A stretch of 64,000 bases of DNA from an uncultured Chloroflexia bacterium (GTDB taxonomy: Bacteria; Chloroflexota; Limnocylindria; Limnocylindrales; CSP1-4), in contig CAVUGM010000006.1 of the NCBI GenBank assembly GCA_963741085.1, forward strand, positions 163,158 through 227,157. The letters are read 5' to 3'. The notes beneath the pieces are model-generated. The model saw only the letters and a program-made list of their open reading frames with translations. It did not search any database and had not been told where the DNA came from. This document shows, piece after piece, positions 49,889-60,274 of the stretch. The position numbers and the translations under genes were made by a program. Numbering within the stretch: the stretch's first letter is position 1; each line of letters begins with the position of its first letter.

Positions 49889-51697
49889 TCAGAGCGCCGA
49901 GACGGCCCGCCCAAGGAGGCGCCGGAACGCCGTCCCGCTCACCGCCCGCCAGGGGACTCCCATCGTCCGTCGCAGGCGGGTCAGCTCACGCTCCTTGATG
50001 GTCAGGTAGGTCGCGATCGCGTGGGTCTCCTCGCGCGACAGCGCCCCGGCGTTGGCGACCAGGAACTGGCGGGTGAGGGCGATCGTCACGTCGGCGTCGT
50101 GGAGCCAGCCGAGGTGGTCCTGCAGCGCCACGACGCGCGGGATCAGGAGGTCGACCTCGGGCCCGAGCGCCTCTCGGAAGAACTCGAGCGTGTAGCGCAG
50201 CCACTTGCCTGCGATCCGCAGCTGGTGGATCGTCTCGATGTCGGCCCAGCGGAGGACCGACTCGTAGGCGCGGACGTGCTCGTAGGCGAGCCAGATCCGC
50301 GAACCGGCCGTGTCGCGGACGCGATGCGGGCTGACCGGGCTGAGGGGTGGGAGGACGGCGTCTCCCTCGGCGGCGACGAACGCCCGGTAGTCCTCGACGA
50401 GGCGCAGGTAGGCCTGGCTGTCGAGCTCGCGCAGGAGGACGATGCGGGCGGCTTCGCGCTCGTCCCGCCACGAGGCGACGAGGGGCTCGAAGGCGGCCGC
50501 CGCGCGCGGGTCCAGCGTCGCCTGGTGGGCGACCGCGGTCTCGATGAGGACGTCGAGGTCCCGGACGGCCCCGAGGCGTCCGGCGAGGATCCGCAGCCGG
50601 CCGCGGATGCGACGCGTCCGATTCGGCCGGAAGCCATCGCCGAAGACGCGCCAGGCTGCCCGCATCCGGCGGGTGGCGACGCGCATGCCGTGCAGGTCCT
50701 CGATGTTCTCGCCCGTCCGCGTGCCGGCCTCCCTGGCCAGCAACCGCGCGAAGTGGAAGCGCAGGACCTTGCGACCGGCCTCGGCGAGGATGTCGTCGGT
50801 GGTGACGCCGGGCGTCTTGCCGACCACGAGGCGGGGTGGCGCCGGCGGCTCTGGGGCGCGGCGAGGGGACCGTCGGGCCGGACAGGCTCCTCTCCCGGCT
50901 GGGGATCGGGCGCCGGGACGGTCGGCGGCGACCTGGGCGGCATCGACCGGCTCGGGCACCGCCCGGAGGGTCGCTTCGCCGGGCTGTGCGCACGGCCCGG
51001 CTGCGTCGTCGCGGTTCCCGACACGGCTCGCGAACCCGGGACCGGGTCCGGGTGGCGTGCGTCCCCGCGGGCGCCCAGCGCGGCCATCGCCCGCTCCAGC
51101 TTGGAGGCGGTCTCGGGCGCCAGGTCCTGCTCGGCGGCGAGCACATGGGCCAGGGTGTCGAGCGCAGCCGCCGGTCCACGCCGCAGCTCGAGCTCGAGCT
51201 CGATGAAGCGATCCACCACGCGACCCGCCACGCGACGACGGCGACGTCGTCGACCGAGAGCTCGACCTCGGCGGACTCGTCGGCCAGGGTGCGCGTCCGG
51301 CGCAGCTGGCGGATCGTCACGATCTCGAGCAGGGGAGCGTCGCCCGCGTGCTCCAGGACCAGCGCCCGGGCCGACGACGGATGGCCAGGCGTGCGGGTCG
51401 AGCGAGAGGCCCGCAGGACCCTCGAGCTCCTCGCGCCGGTGGAGCGCCGATTGCGCCGGCGTCGTCGACTTGACCGAGATGACGGTCATTGTCGGACCGT
51501 GCCGCAGCCGGACCGCGTAGCCTGCCCGTCCCAGCGCACCGTCCGCGGTGTCGAGGTAGCGATCCTCGACCTGGACCTGGCGGGCGCGACCTGCCGAGCG
51601 GAAGGGACCGATCGTCCGCAGGCGTCGCGAGCCGCGTCGCCGCGGCGGCGTCGGCGACCCGGTACTTGAGCTCGAGCTCCACGTTCGTCTCGGTCAT
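49889..51697 (-). pseudogene. CYTH-CHAD two-domain protein (triphosphate tunnel plus polyP-granule-associated domain), multiply frame-disrupted
   Basis: The N-terminus MTETNVELELKYRV carries the CYTH ExExK motif, followed by QVQVEDRYLDTADGALGRAGYAVRLR, SVKSTT and FIELELEL in other frames. The C-terminal 356-aa ORF (49889..50959) is a CHAD domain (DLHGMRVATRRMRAAWRVF...IHQLRIAGKWLRYTLEFF). The ATG overlaps the ppk1 stop. Confidence 0.8.
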
Positions 51698-53860
51698 CGT
51701 CCGCGCCTACGCCCGTGGATCCAGCGACGCCGCCTGCAGTCCATGGCGCGGCGGCTCGAGGATCGGGGACGGCCGCCGTCATCGCCCGCTCCTTGAGCAC
51801 GGCGAACGTGTCGACTCGTGCCGGGTGCGGCCAGGATCTCCTCGGTCCGCCGCCACGCACCGTCGGCTGCCGAGCTGCCAGGAACGGCGATCGTCGGCAT
51901 CAGCATCACGGCGACGATCTCCTCGATCCGCGCCTGCGCGCCGAGGTCCTCGATCGGGAAGACGACCTCGACCCGGCGGTCCAGGTTGCGCTCCATCAGG
52001 TCGGCGGAACCCGTGTACCACTCCTGTCGCCCGCCGTTGGCAAAGCCGAAGATGCGGCTGTGCTCCAGGAACTCGCCGATGATCGAGCGGACGCGGATCC
52101 GGTCCGACACCCCGGGCAGGCCCGGGTGCAGGCTGCAGGCTCCGCGGACGATGCAATCGACCTCGACGCCGGCCTGGCTCGCCTCGTAGAGGAGCTCGAT
52201 CATCTCGGGGTCCACGAGGGCGTTCACCTTGGCCACGATCCGGGCCGGTCGGCCAGCGCGGGCATGGTCCGCCTCGCGGACGATGAGGTCGCGGAGGCGG
52301 GCACGGAGCGTGTCCGGGGCCACCAGGAGGCGCCGGAAGCCCTGCTGCCGGGAGAGGCCGGTCAGGAAGTTGAACAGGTCGGTGGCGTCCGCCCCGAGCT
52401 CGGGCTGGCAGGTGAGGAGGCCGAGGTCGGTGTAGAGGCGGGCCGTCTTCGGGTTGTAGTTGCCCGTTCCAAGGTGGAGGTAGCGCCGGAGCCCCGTCCC
52501 CTCGCGGCGGATGACGAGCGCCACCTTGCTGTGTGTCTTGAGGCCGACGAGGCCGTACACGACGTGGGCGCCCGCCTGCTCGAGCTTGCGCGCCCAGACG
52601 ATGTTGGCCTCCTCGTCGAAGCGCGCCTTGATCTCGACGAGGACGACGACCTGCTTGCCCTGCTCGGCCGCCCGGATGAGGTCGCGCACGATCGGGGAGT
52701 CGCCCGACGTCCGGTACAGCGTCTGCTTGATCGAGAGGACGTCCGGATCGTCAGCCGCCTGCGTGATGAAGCGCTCCACCGAGGCCGTGAATGACTCGTA
52801 CGGGTGGTGGACCAGCAGGTCGCCCTGGCGCATGGCCGCGAAGACGTCCGCGGGATCGCCCTCGTCCGGGGGGACGAGGCGAGCCGGCACGACCGGCGTC
52901 CATGGTGGGTCGCGCAGCTCCGGGATGTCGAGGGAGGCCACCTGCCAGAGGCAGGTGAGGTCGAGCATGCCCGGCACCGCGAACAGGTCGTCGAGCCCGA
53001 GGCCAATGCCGGAGAGGAGGAACTCCCGCATCTCGTCGGGCATGCCGTCCTCGACCTCGAGGCGCACGGCCGAGCCGAACCGCCGGCGCCGCAGCTCCTG
53101 CTCGATGGCCGAGAGGAGGTCCCCGGCTTCATCTTCCTCGACGTCGAAGTCGGCGTCGCGAGTGACCCGGAACATGTGCGCCGCCACGATCTGCACACCC
53201 GGGAAGAGGGTGTCGAGGTTGGCCGCGATGACCTGCTCGAGAGGAACGTAGCGTGGTGTGCTCGACCTGGACCAGCCGCGGCAGGATCGGCGGCACCTTC
53301 ACACGCGCGAAGCGCTGCTCACCGGAGACCGGATCGGCGATCGTGATGCCGAGCGACAGGCTGAGCGTGCTGATGTACGGGAACGGGTGTCCGGAGGCGA
53401 CCGCCAGTGGCGTGAGAACCGGGAAGATCTCCTCCAGGTAGCGTTCACGAAGGCGGGCGTGGTGCCCGGGGATCGCGTCATGGTCGACGATCGCGACACC
53501 GTGCGCGGCGAGCCGCACCCGCACCTCCGCGTAGAGTCGTGCGTGCTCGTCGACGAGCCCGCGCACCCGATCGCGGATGACCGCCAGCTGCTCGGCCGCG
53601 GTGCGCCCGTCCGGCGAGCGCTTGGAGCCGCCCGCGGCCATCTGCTCCATCAGGCCGGAGACGCGCACCTGGAAGAACTCGTCGAGGTTCGAAGCGAAGA
53701 TGGCCAGGAACTTGGCGCGCTCGAGGAGCGGGTTGCGCTCGTCGCACGCCTCGTGGAGGACGCGCGCGTTGAAGTCCAGCCACGACAGCTCCCGGTTGAT
53801 GTACGGGGCGGCATGCCGGCGCCGGCCGGGTCGCTGGTTGCGCGCGCGAAGGGTGGTCAT
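51694..53860 (-). pseudogene. ppk: Polyphosphate kinase 1 (frame-disrupted)
   Basis: Contains YINRELSWLDFNARVL, FLAIFASNLDEFFQVRV, then VQVEHT|RYVPLEQVIAANLDTLFPG (shift at about 53245), FRVTRDADFDVEEDE, LKTHSKVALV (catalytic His), GTGNYN and GSADLMERNLDRRVE. There are further shifts near the 3' end (about 51750-51900). Confidence 0.9.
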
Positions 53861-53972
53861 GCGGGTCGATCGCCGGTCCTGGCTCGCCGCGCGGTGCCCG
53901 AGGCACCGTTCGCGCCGACCGACGATCGTAGCACGCACGCGCCCCGGCCCTCGAGAGCCGGAGCGCCCGTAG

Positions 53973-54365
53973 TCAGCCGCGAGTGGACGGGGACGCCGAA
54001 TGGCCGCTGGCGGATCGCGCCGCCGCGCAGGTCGGGCAGGGGCAGTGGGCGCGCAGCCCGGCGAACGTGTAGTAGCCGGTGTGGTGGCCGTCGCCCCACG
54101 TCGGCGCGATGGCGTACCCACCCACCGGCTCGACCGACACGAGCCGCGTCTGCTCGGCGGTGAGGGTCGGGTTCGAGTCGAGCCAGCCGGGTAGCCCGGC
54201 CTCGCCGCGACAGTACGCGCAGGGGCAGAGCCATCGGAATCGGTCGAAGTCGAAGATCGAGAGGTGACCGTCGGCCCATTCGATGCGCAGCGTTCGCGCC
54301 TCACGATCGGCATGGATCCGGAGCGGCACCGGCCCCTCCTCGGCGCGCAGGTAGCTGGAGGTCAT
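53973..54365 (-). CDS. DUF971 domain protein
   Basis: A 130-aa ORF with LRIEWADGHLSIFDFDRFRWLCPCAYCRGE...YAIAPTWGDGHHTGYYTFAGLRAHCPCPTC, matching the DUF971 (gamma-butyrobetaine-hydroxylase N-terminal-like) pattern with Cys clusters. Confidence 0.8.
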   Translation of the reverse strand: MTSSYLRAEEGPVPLRIHADREARTLRIEWADGHLSIFDFDRFRWLCPCAYCRGEAGLPGWLDSNPTLTAEQTRLVSVEPVGGYAIAPTWGDGHHTGYYTFAGLRAHCPCPTCAAARSASGHSASPSTRG

Positions 54366-54486
54366 CCCGGAATTCTACGGCGCCGGGCAGGCAGCTCCAG
54401 GTTGAGCGTCGTCGCCCCGGCCTTCGGCGCCGGCGTCGGCCCAGCCGTCCCCGGGCAGGTCGCCGACTTGCGCCCGCGTAAGGTCC

Positions 54487-55821
54487 GTGGCAGCCAGGCC
54501 TCGAGTGCGCCAGACTGCTCTCGTGCGCCGCGGCGACCCAGCCTCCGTCTTTGCCCGCAACACGCGCCTGGTTGCAGGCCGCGAGTATGGCGTCCGCGTC
54601 CGGAGCCGGGCCTTCGCGATCTCCACCATCGTGCTGGCCGTCGTCGCCTTCGGAGCGGCCCTCGTGCCGCTCGCCGTCCGCGCCCTCGAGCGCGACGCGG
54701 TCGTGCGAATCGCCGCCAGCGCCCCCGATACCCGGACGAGCGACCTGACGCTGCGGTCGCTCAACATGGTGCTCAACGCCGGTGTCGGCCTCGACCCGAC
54801 GGGCAAGTCCGCCTATCGCTTCTCGGCGGTGGCGCCGGGTTCGCTGCCGGCGGCCCGTGCCCAGGTTGCGTCGGGCGCGCTGGACGGCCTGCTCGTTGTG
54901 ACGAACGGCCCGTCGCAACGCCTCGACTTCGAATACGTCACGGCCAACCCCACCGGGCGCCAGGCCGTCCTCTTCCAGCTCGTGGCGGTCGCCGTGGCGG
55001 CGAGCGTCCGGGCCGACGAGGCGCGCGGGCTCGTCGGTAAGTTCACGGTGACCGACGCTTCCCCGGCTGACCCGACGCCCGGGAGTGAGCTCGATGCGGC
55101 CGGCATGCAGATCCTGGCGACGATCCTGGTGATCCTCGTCTTCGTGACCTCGATCACGTACGGCATGTGGGTCGCCACCAGCGTCGCCGAGGAGAAGTCC
55201 AGTCGCGTGATGGAGGTGATGCTGAACGCTGCGACACCGGGCGAGATGCTCGCCGGGAAGGTGCTGGGCGTCGGCAGCGCGGGCCTGACGCAGCTCGCCG
55301 CCATCATCCTGCCGGCTGCGCTCGTGGTGGCCATCCAGGGCCCGCTTGCACGTCTGGTCCTCGGCGACACCGCGGACCGCGCCCCACTCGCCGGGCTCAC
55401 GCCCGGGATCCTGGCCGCGTTCGTCGTCTTCTTCCTCCTCGGGTTCGTGCTGACGGCGCTCGCGTATGCCGCCGCGGGCTCTCTCGTGAGCCGCCAGGAG
55501 GACGTGCAGCAGGTTGCCCTGCCGATGCTCGTGCTCTCGATTGCGGCCTACTTCGCGGCCCTGTTCGCGTCCTCGGTCCCCGGCGCGATCTGGATCGCAC
55601 CCCTTTCCTGGCTGCCGTTCTTCAGCCAGTACGTGATGCTCACCCGCCTGATCGTCGGGCACGTGGCCCCCTGGGAGATCGCCCTGTCGGTCGGCCTCCT
55701 CGTGGCGGCCATCGTCGTGGCGCTGGTCGTGGCGGCGCGGATCTACCGGGCCGGCGTCCTGCTCTACGGCCAGCGCCCGAGCCTCGCGGGCGTCATCCGG
55801 ACCGCGAGGACGCGCTCGTGA
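54487..55821 (+). CDS. ABC-2 type transporter permease (NatB/YhaP-like), no adjacent ATPase
   Basis: One N-terminal TM helix, a large loop, then 5-6 TM helices with SVAEEKSSRVMEVML, which is typical of ABC2_membrane_3-type permeases. The start is provisional. Confidence 0.75.
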   Translation: MAARPRVRQTALVRRGDPASVFARNTRLVAGREYGVRVRSRAFAISTIVLAVVAFGAALVPLAVRALERDAVVRIAASAPDTRTSDLTLRSLNMVLNAGVGLDPTGKSAYRFSAVAPGSLPAARAQVASGALDGLLVVTNGPSQRLDFEYVTANPTGRQAVLFQLVAVAVAASVRADEARGLVGKFTVTDASPADPTPGSELDAAGMQILATILVILVFVTSITYGMWVATSVAEEKSSRVMEVMLNAATPGEMLAGKVLGVGSAGLTQLAAIILPAALVVAIQGPLARLVLGDTADRAPLAGLTPGILAAFVVFFLLGFVLTALAYAAAGSLVSRQEDVQQVALPMLVLSIAAYFAALFASSVPGAIWIAPLSWLPFFSQYVMLTRLIVGHVAPWEIALSVGLLVAAIVVALVVAARIYRAGVLLYGQRPSLAGVIRTARTRS

Positions 55822-55843
55822 TCGGTGCCGCCAGGACGCATTC

Positions 55844-56763
55844 CTAGGGTCCGGGAGCGTTTCCCGCGTCGTGCGGCTCCTTGACCACGAGCACCGAGCA
55901 GCGGGCGTGCGTGAGCACCGCGTGGGCCACGCTTCCCATCACCAGGCGGGTGATGCCCACGTACCCCCGCGATCCCACGACGATCAGGTCGCCGCCGGGG
56001 TCGGTCGCAGCCAGGCGGAGCTGGTCGGCTGGGTCGCCCTCGCGGAGCTCGCCAGTGACCGTGAAGCCGCGGCCCCGGAGGTGGTGCTCCGTGGCTGCCA
56101 CGATTTCCCGATGGGCGCCCCGCGCCGTCGCCAGCATGTCCGAGTAGACGTCCATGGCGGCCGCGAACATCGTGGGCGCGATCCCGGAGCGCCACGGCGC
56201 CGCGACGTCGACCACGCCCACGACGAGGATGGGGACCGACGCGAACGCCGGCCAGCCGCCGACGAGGTCCCGGGCCGCCATTCCGGCCGGTGAGCCGTCC
56301 TCGGCGAGGATCACGCGCCCCACATGGTCGCCTCGCGCGATCAGCACCGGGCACCCGGCGTGGTCGGCGACCGCGCCCGAAACCGATCCCAGGACGGCCG
56401 TCTCCATCGGCCCGTGGCCCCGCGACCCCACCACGATGAGGTCCGGCCGCCAGTGTCGCGCGTCGTCGACGATCGCCGCCGCAGGGCGCCCGCGAAGGAG
56501 CTCGGCCTCGACGGCGAGCCCCGCCGTCTCCAGGGACCGCGCGCCTCCTGGACGACCCGGGTCAAGTCGGCGACGGCCTGCGCCTCGAGCTCGTCGGCGT
56601 CGACGGGCACGGCGGGGATCCATGGGCCGCCCCACAGGGCGGGCGTGACGTCGAGGGCGGCGACGACCCGCACGATGGTCGGGTCGGGCCAGGCCAGCGA
56701 AGTGACGAGCGCGCGGGCGCGGTCGGCGGAGTCGGAGCCGTCGAGGGCGAGAAGGATGCGCAT
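55844..56763 (-). pseudogene. Tandem universal stress protein (UspA-like), one frameshift
   Basis: Contains MRILLALDGSDSADRA, then after a shift at about 56540 DLIVVGSRGHGPMETAVLGSVSGAVADHAGCPVLI, and a second Usp module with DLIVVGSRGYVGITRLVMGSVAHAVLTHARCSVLVV. Confidence 0.8.
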
Positions 56764-57058
56764 CGGGGGCACCTCCATGGCAGGCAGGACTCCGGTCGCT
56801 GTCTGATCCAATAATGGCGCGTCGGCGGGCGCCGCACCATGGCGGAACGGCCCGTCGAGGCGGGTGCGTGGTCCCATGGCGAGCCGGATCGTCGGCCCAA
56901 CGAACCAGTTCGTGGCGGCGACGACGTGGCGTGCAGAGCGACCGCGGGGCCACCCCCGCCCGACGCGCTCGGCGGAGCTGGCCGGCCCGGGCCCGGTTCG
57001 CCGCGGGCCCACCGAGCGCGTGCAGGGGAGAGGCACGATCCGGTGCGATAATCCGGGC

Positions 57059-57541
57059 GTGGCAGCCGGGCCCTCCGCTCCGCGACTCCCGGCCGGCGCG
57101 GTCGAGCGCCGGCTCTTCGTCGACGCGCCGCCCGCCGCCGTCTGGGTGGCTCTCCACGACCCGGACCGCGGATCCACGATCGACGCCATCCTGGCCCTCG
57201 AGCCGGCCGGCCCCGACTGGCCCGCAGCCGGGGCCCGGCGCTCCGGCCGCCTGCGGCTGGGCCCGATCCCGCTCGGGGCCGAGCTCGAGAGCCTGGAGGT
57301 GCGGCCGCAGCGACGCTTCCGGGTGGGGATCGTCGGCGGCGCCATCGTGGGCGAGCGGCGCTGGGAGCTCGCGCCGGCGGCCGGCGGCACACGGGTCGCC
57401 TGCGCCGTTCACCTCGAGGGCCGGTCGCGGTTCGGCCGCATGCTGCTGCGCCTCGAGCGGGGCGCGCTGGGACCGCGCCTCGAGGCGGAGCTCGCCGCTC
57501 TCAAGCGGATCGCCGAGTCGGACCTCCGCCGCCCGGCCTGA
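57059..57541 (+). CDS. SRPBCC (START/polyketide-cyclase-like) domain protein
   Basis: VERRLFVDAPPAAVWVALHDP...RWELAPAAGGTRVACAVHLEG is consistent with an SRPBCC fold. The GTG at 57059 gives about 160 aa; the track ORF extends back to 56864. Confidence 0.6.
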   Translation: MAAGPSAPRLPAGAVERRLFVDAPPAAVWVALHDPDRGSTIDAILALEPAGPDWPAAGARRSGRLRLGPIPLGAELESLEVRPQRRFRVGIVGGAIVGERRWELAPAAGGTRVACAVHLEGRSRFGRMLLRLERGALGPRLEAELAALKRIAESDLRRPA

Positions 57542-58214
57542 CGGGCGCCGTTCTCACGCTGGCGCTCGTGGCGTGCTCGTCCCCGTGCGCCCCTGCTGCC
57601 CCTCCGCCACGAGGGTCGCCGGCGAGGTCGCCCACCAGGTAGTGCTGGATCGTCGGGCCGATGGCGCGTGCCAGCAGGTCGGGGTCGGCCGTCCCCAGGG
57701 GCTCCACGCCCACGATGTGGCGCGCCATCGCGAGGCCGACGAGCTGGCTGGCCACGAGCGCGACACGCAGGTCGGCGTCGGGACGGTCCACGGCGCGCGC
57801 GATGGCGGCGAAGGGGCCCTGCGCCAGGAGTGCCCTGAGCATCTCGGCGGCGACCGGATCCGTCGTTGCGGAGCGCACCAGGCCCAGCATCAGGGGTCGC
57901 ATCGACGGCGTGTCCCACAAGTCGAGGGCGAAGCGGACGAGACGCTCGCCCAGCTCGTCGGGCGCGCCGGCGAGGAGGTCGGGGACGACCGCGCCGAGGT
58001 CGGCCGGCAGCTCCATCGCCGCCACGAAGAGCCGCTGCTTCGACCCGTAGTAGTGGTGGACAAGGGCGGGGTCCACGCCCGCGGCCGCCGCCACGCCCCG
58101 GATCGTGGTGCCTTCGAACCCCAGCTCACCGAAGCTCGAGCGCGCGGCAGCTCGGATCCTCTCCCGCGTGCCGCTGGCGCCCGGCCTCCGGCCCGACCGG
58201 GCGCGACCCGTCAC
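57501..58214 (-). CDS. TetR/AcrR family transcriptional regulator
   Basis: Contains RERIRAAARSSFGELGFEGTTIRGVAAAAGVDPALVHHYYGSKQRLF (TetR HTH). The GTG overlaps the permease stop (GTGA at 58211-58214). The C-terminal tail may be shorter; an alternative frame stops at 57554. Confidence 0.8.
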   Translation of the reverse strand: MTGRARSGRRPGASGTRERIRAAARSSFGELGFEGTTIRGVAAAAGVDPALVHHYYGSKQRLFVAAMELPADLGAVVPDLLAGAPDELGERLVRFALDLWDTPSMRPLMLGLVRSATTDPVAAEMLRALLAQGPFAAIARAVDRPDADLRVALVASQLVGLAMARHIVGVEPLGTADPDLLARAIGPTIQHYLVGDLAGDPRGGGAAGAHGDEHATSASVRTAPVRPGGGGPTRRSA

Positions 58215-59356
58215 GCCACCTCCCGTCGGATCGTGAGCGAGGCGATCCCGGCGAAGAACAGGGCGATCCCGGTCAGGACCAGAAGGTCGAGCTGGAGTGC
58301 CCGGGTGGTCACGCCGGCACCCGCGATGAGGATCTGGCGGAGGCCGTCCGCGGCGTACGAGAGCGGCATCAGCTTCACCAGGGGCTGGAGGACCTCGGGC
58401 AGGCTGCTCACCGGGAACAGGACGCCCGAGAGCAGGAACTGGGGCACCAGCACGATCGGGATGAACTGGATGACCTGGAGCTCCGTGCGGGCGAAGGCGG
58501 AGATGAAGACGCCCAGGCTCACGGCGCCGAGGGCGGTGATGACGATCACGACGAACGCCAGGACGGGGCTTCCGGCGATGGGCAGCCCGAGACCGACCGA
58601 AAAGGCCGGCAGGGGCCCGATCGCCGGCACCTGGAGCGAGACGAGCGACCACGTCAGGAGCAGGGCCACCTGGATCGTGGCGAAGAGCCCGAACCCGAGC
58701 GTGTAGCCGAGCACGACCTCGCCCCGCGTGATCGGGGTCGCCATGAGCCGCTCCAGGGTTCCGCCGATGCGCTCCCGGAGGAAGCTGATCCCGGTCAGGA
58801 TGTAGACGAAGAAGTAGGCGAGGAAGGCCAGGATCGCCGGCGCGAAGGGCGCCATCGGGTCACTGCTCGGGACGCCGTACAGGGTGGTGTGCTCGACCGT
58901 CGGCAGCGCTCGGCCGCTGAACGTTCCGACCGCCCGCAGCATCGCGCGCTGCACCGCAGCGACCTGGGTCGCCTCGCCCGAGGGGTCGAGGCCGTCGGTC
59001 AGGAACGTGATCGTCGACGGCTTGCCTTCGGCGAGACCGGCCGGGATGGAGATCGCGATCGACGCGCTCCCGTCCTCGATCGCCGCCCGCGCGGCGGCCT
59101 GGTCCGCGACGGCGGTCGCCGAGCCGCCGGTCCCCGCGAGCGCCTGGTCGAGGGCGACCGTGACCGCGACCCCGGCGGCGCCGGCGTCGTTGGCGACGAC
59201 GGCCGTGACGACCGGGGTCTGGCCCTCGCGGACGATGAACGTGATCAGGCCCGTCATGACGATCGGGACGACGAAGAGGAGCGCCACGGAACGTCGGTCG
59301 CGCCGGATCTCCTGGGCCACGCGCCGGAATACGGCGAACAGGCGGTGGCCGCTCAT
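58211..59356 (-). CDS. ABC-2 type transporter permease
   Basis: A 381-aa protein with an N-terminal TM helix, a periplasmic loop and six C-terminal TM helices. The ATG overlaps the ATPase stop. Confidence 0.85.
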   Translation of the reverse strand: MSGHRLFAVFRRVAQEIRRDRRSVALLFVVPIVMTGLITFIVREGQTPVVTAVVANDAGAAGVAVTVALDQALAGTGGSATAVADQAAARAAIEDGSASIAISIPAGLAEGKPSTITFLTDGLDPSGEATQVAAVQRAMLRAVGTFSGRALPTVEHTTLYGVPSSDPMAPFAPAILAFLAYFFVYILTGISFLRERIGGTLERLMATPITRGEVVLGYTLGFGLFATIQVALLLTWSLVSLQVPAIGPLPAFSVGLGLPIAGSPVLAFVVIVITALGAVSLGVFISAFARTELQVIQFIPIVLVPQFLLSGVLFPVSSLPEVLQPLVKLMPLSYAADGLRQILIAGAGVTTRALQLDLLVLTGIALFFAGIASLTIRREVA

Positions 59357-60105
59357 CGGGTGGCCTCCACGTCGCCACCCAGGCGCAGGAACGCCTCCTC
59401 GAGGTTGTCGGTGCCGGCCCGCGCCCGCACCTCGGCCCCGGTGCCGCGGGCGATCATCCGGCCGGTGCGAACGAACAGGAGCTCGTCGCAGCGGTCGGCC
59501 TCGTCCATGACGTGGCTCGAGACCACGATCGTGGCTCCGGCGGCGGCGAGAGCCCGGAAATGTGTCCAGAACTCGGCCCGCAGGAGCGGGTCGATCCCGA
59601 CGGTCGGCTCATCGAGGAAGAGGACCGGCGGCCGGTGGACCAGGGCGCAGGCGAGCGAGAGGCGGCGCCGCTGACCGCCGGACAGGCTCCCGGCGACGGT
59701 GTCGACGCGGTCGGCCAGATCGACGAGTCGCAGCGCCTCGTCGACGCCCTCGTGTCCGCGCACGCCGTAGGCGGCGGCGAAGAAGCGGGCATTCTCGCCG
59801 ACGGTGAGGGTGGGGTAGATGCCGTCCGCCTGGGTCATGTAGCCCACGCGGGCGAGGACCTGGCGCGAGGGCATCGGCGTGCCGAGGACCTCCGCTCGCC
59901 CGGATGTCGGTCGGGCCATCCCCGTGAGGAGCCGGATGAGGGTCGTCTTGCCCGAGCCGTTGGGGCCCAGGATGCCGTAGATCCTGCCGGGGGCCAGGTC
60001 GAAGCTCACGCCATCGACCGCCCGCAGCGGTCCGAACGCCTTCACGAGGTCGGTCGCACTGATGGCCGGGGTTGTCTCCGGCGCGACGTCGCGTGTCGTG
60101 CTCAC
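59353..60105 (-). CDS. ABC transporter ATP-binding protein
   Basis: Contains Walker A GPNGSGKTT, the signature LSGGQRRRLSLA, Walker B VLFLDEPTVGID and the H-loop SSHVMDE. Confidence 0.9.
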   Translation of the reverse strand: MSTTRDVAPETTPAISATDLVKAFGPLRAVDGVSFDLAPGRIYGILGPNGSGKTTLIRLLTGMARPTSGRAEVLGTPMPSRQVLARVGYMTQADGIYPTLTVGENARFFAAAYGVRGHEGVDEALRLVDLADRVDTVAGSLSGGQRRRLSLACALVHRPPVLFLDEPTVGIDPLLRAEFWTHFRALAAAGATIVVSSHVMDEADRCDELLFVRTGRMIARGTGAEVRARAGTDNLEEAFLRLGGDVEATR

Positions 60106-60234
60106 GCGCGCCCCCTGCCCAGGCGCGCGGCGGGGCCCATGTCCGTCGATTTCGTCACGCGATGAATTCTAGCTGCGACGAACCCGCCGTCAAGCGGGCG
60201 CGCACAGCCGAGGGCACGTCGCCGGGCCTCGATG

Positions 60235-60255
60235 TATAATCCGACCGACGGTCGG
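60235..60255 (+). promoter_or_regulatory. Perfect TATAAT box abutting a 15-bp perfect palindrome (candidate TetR operator)
   Basis: TATAAT at 60235-60240 is followed immediately by ccgaccg-a-cggtcgg (60241-60255), 20 nt upstream of the TetR ATG at 60275. Confidence 0.45.
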
Positions 60256-60274
60256 TCTGCTATCGAGACGGCTC

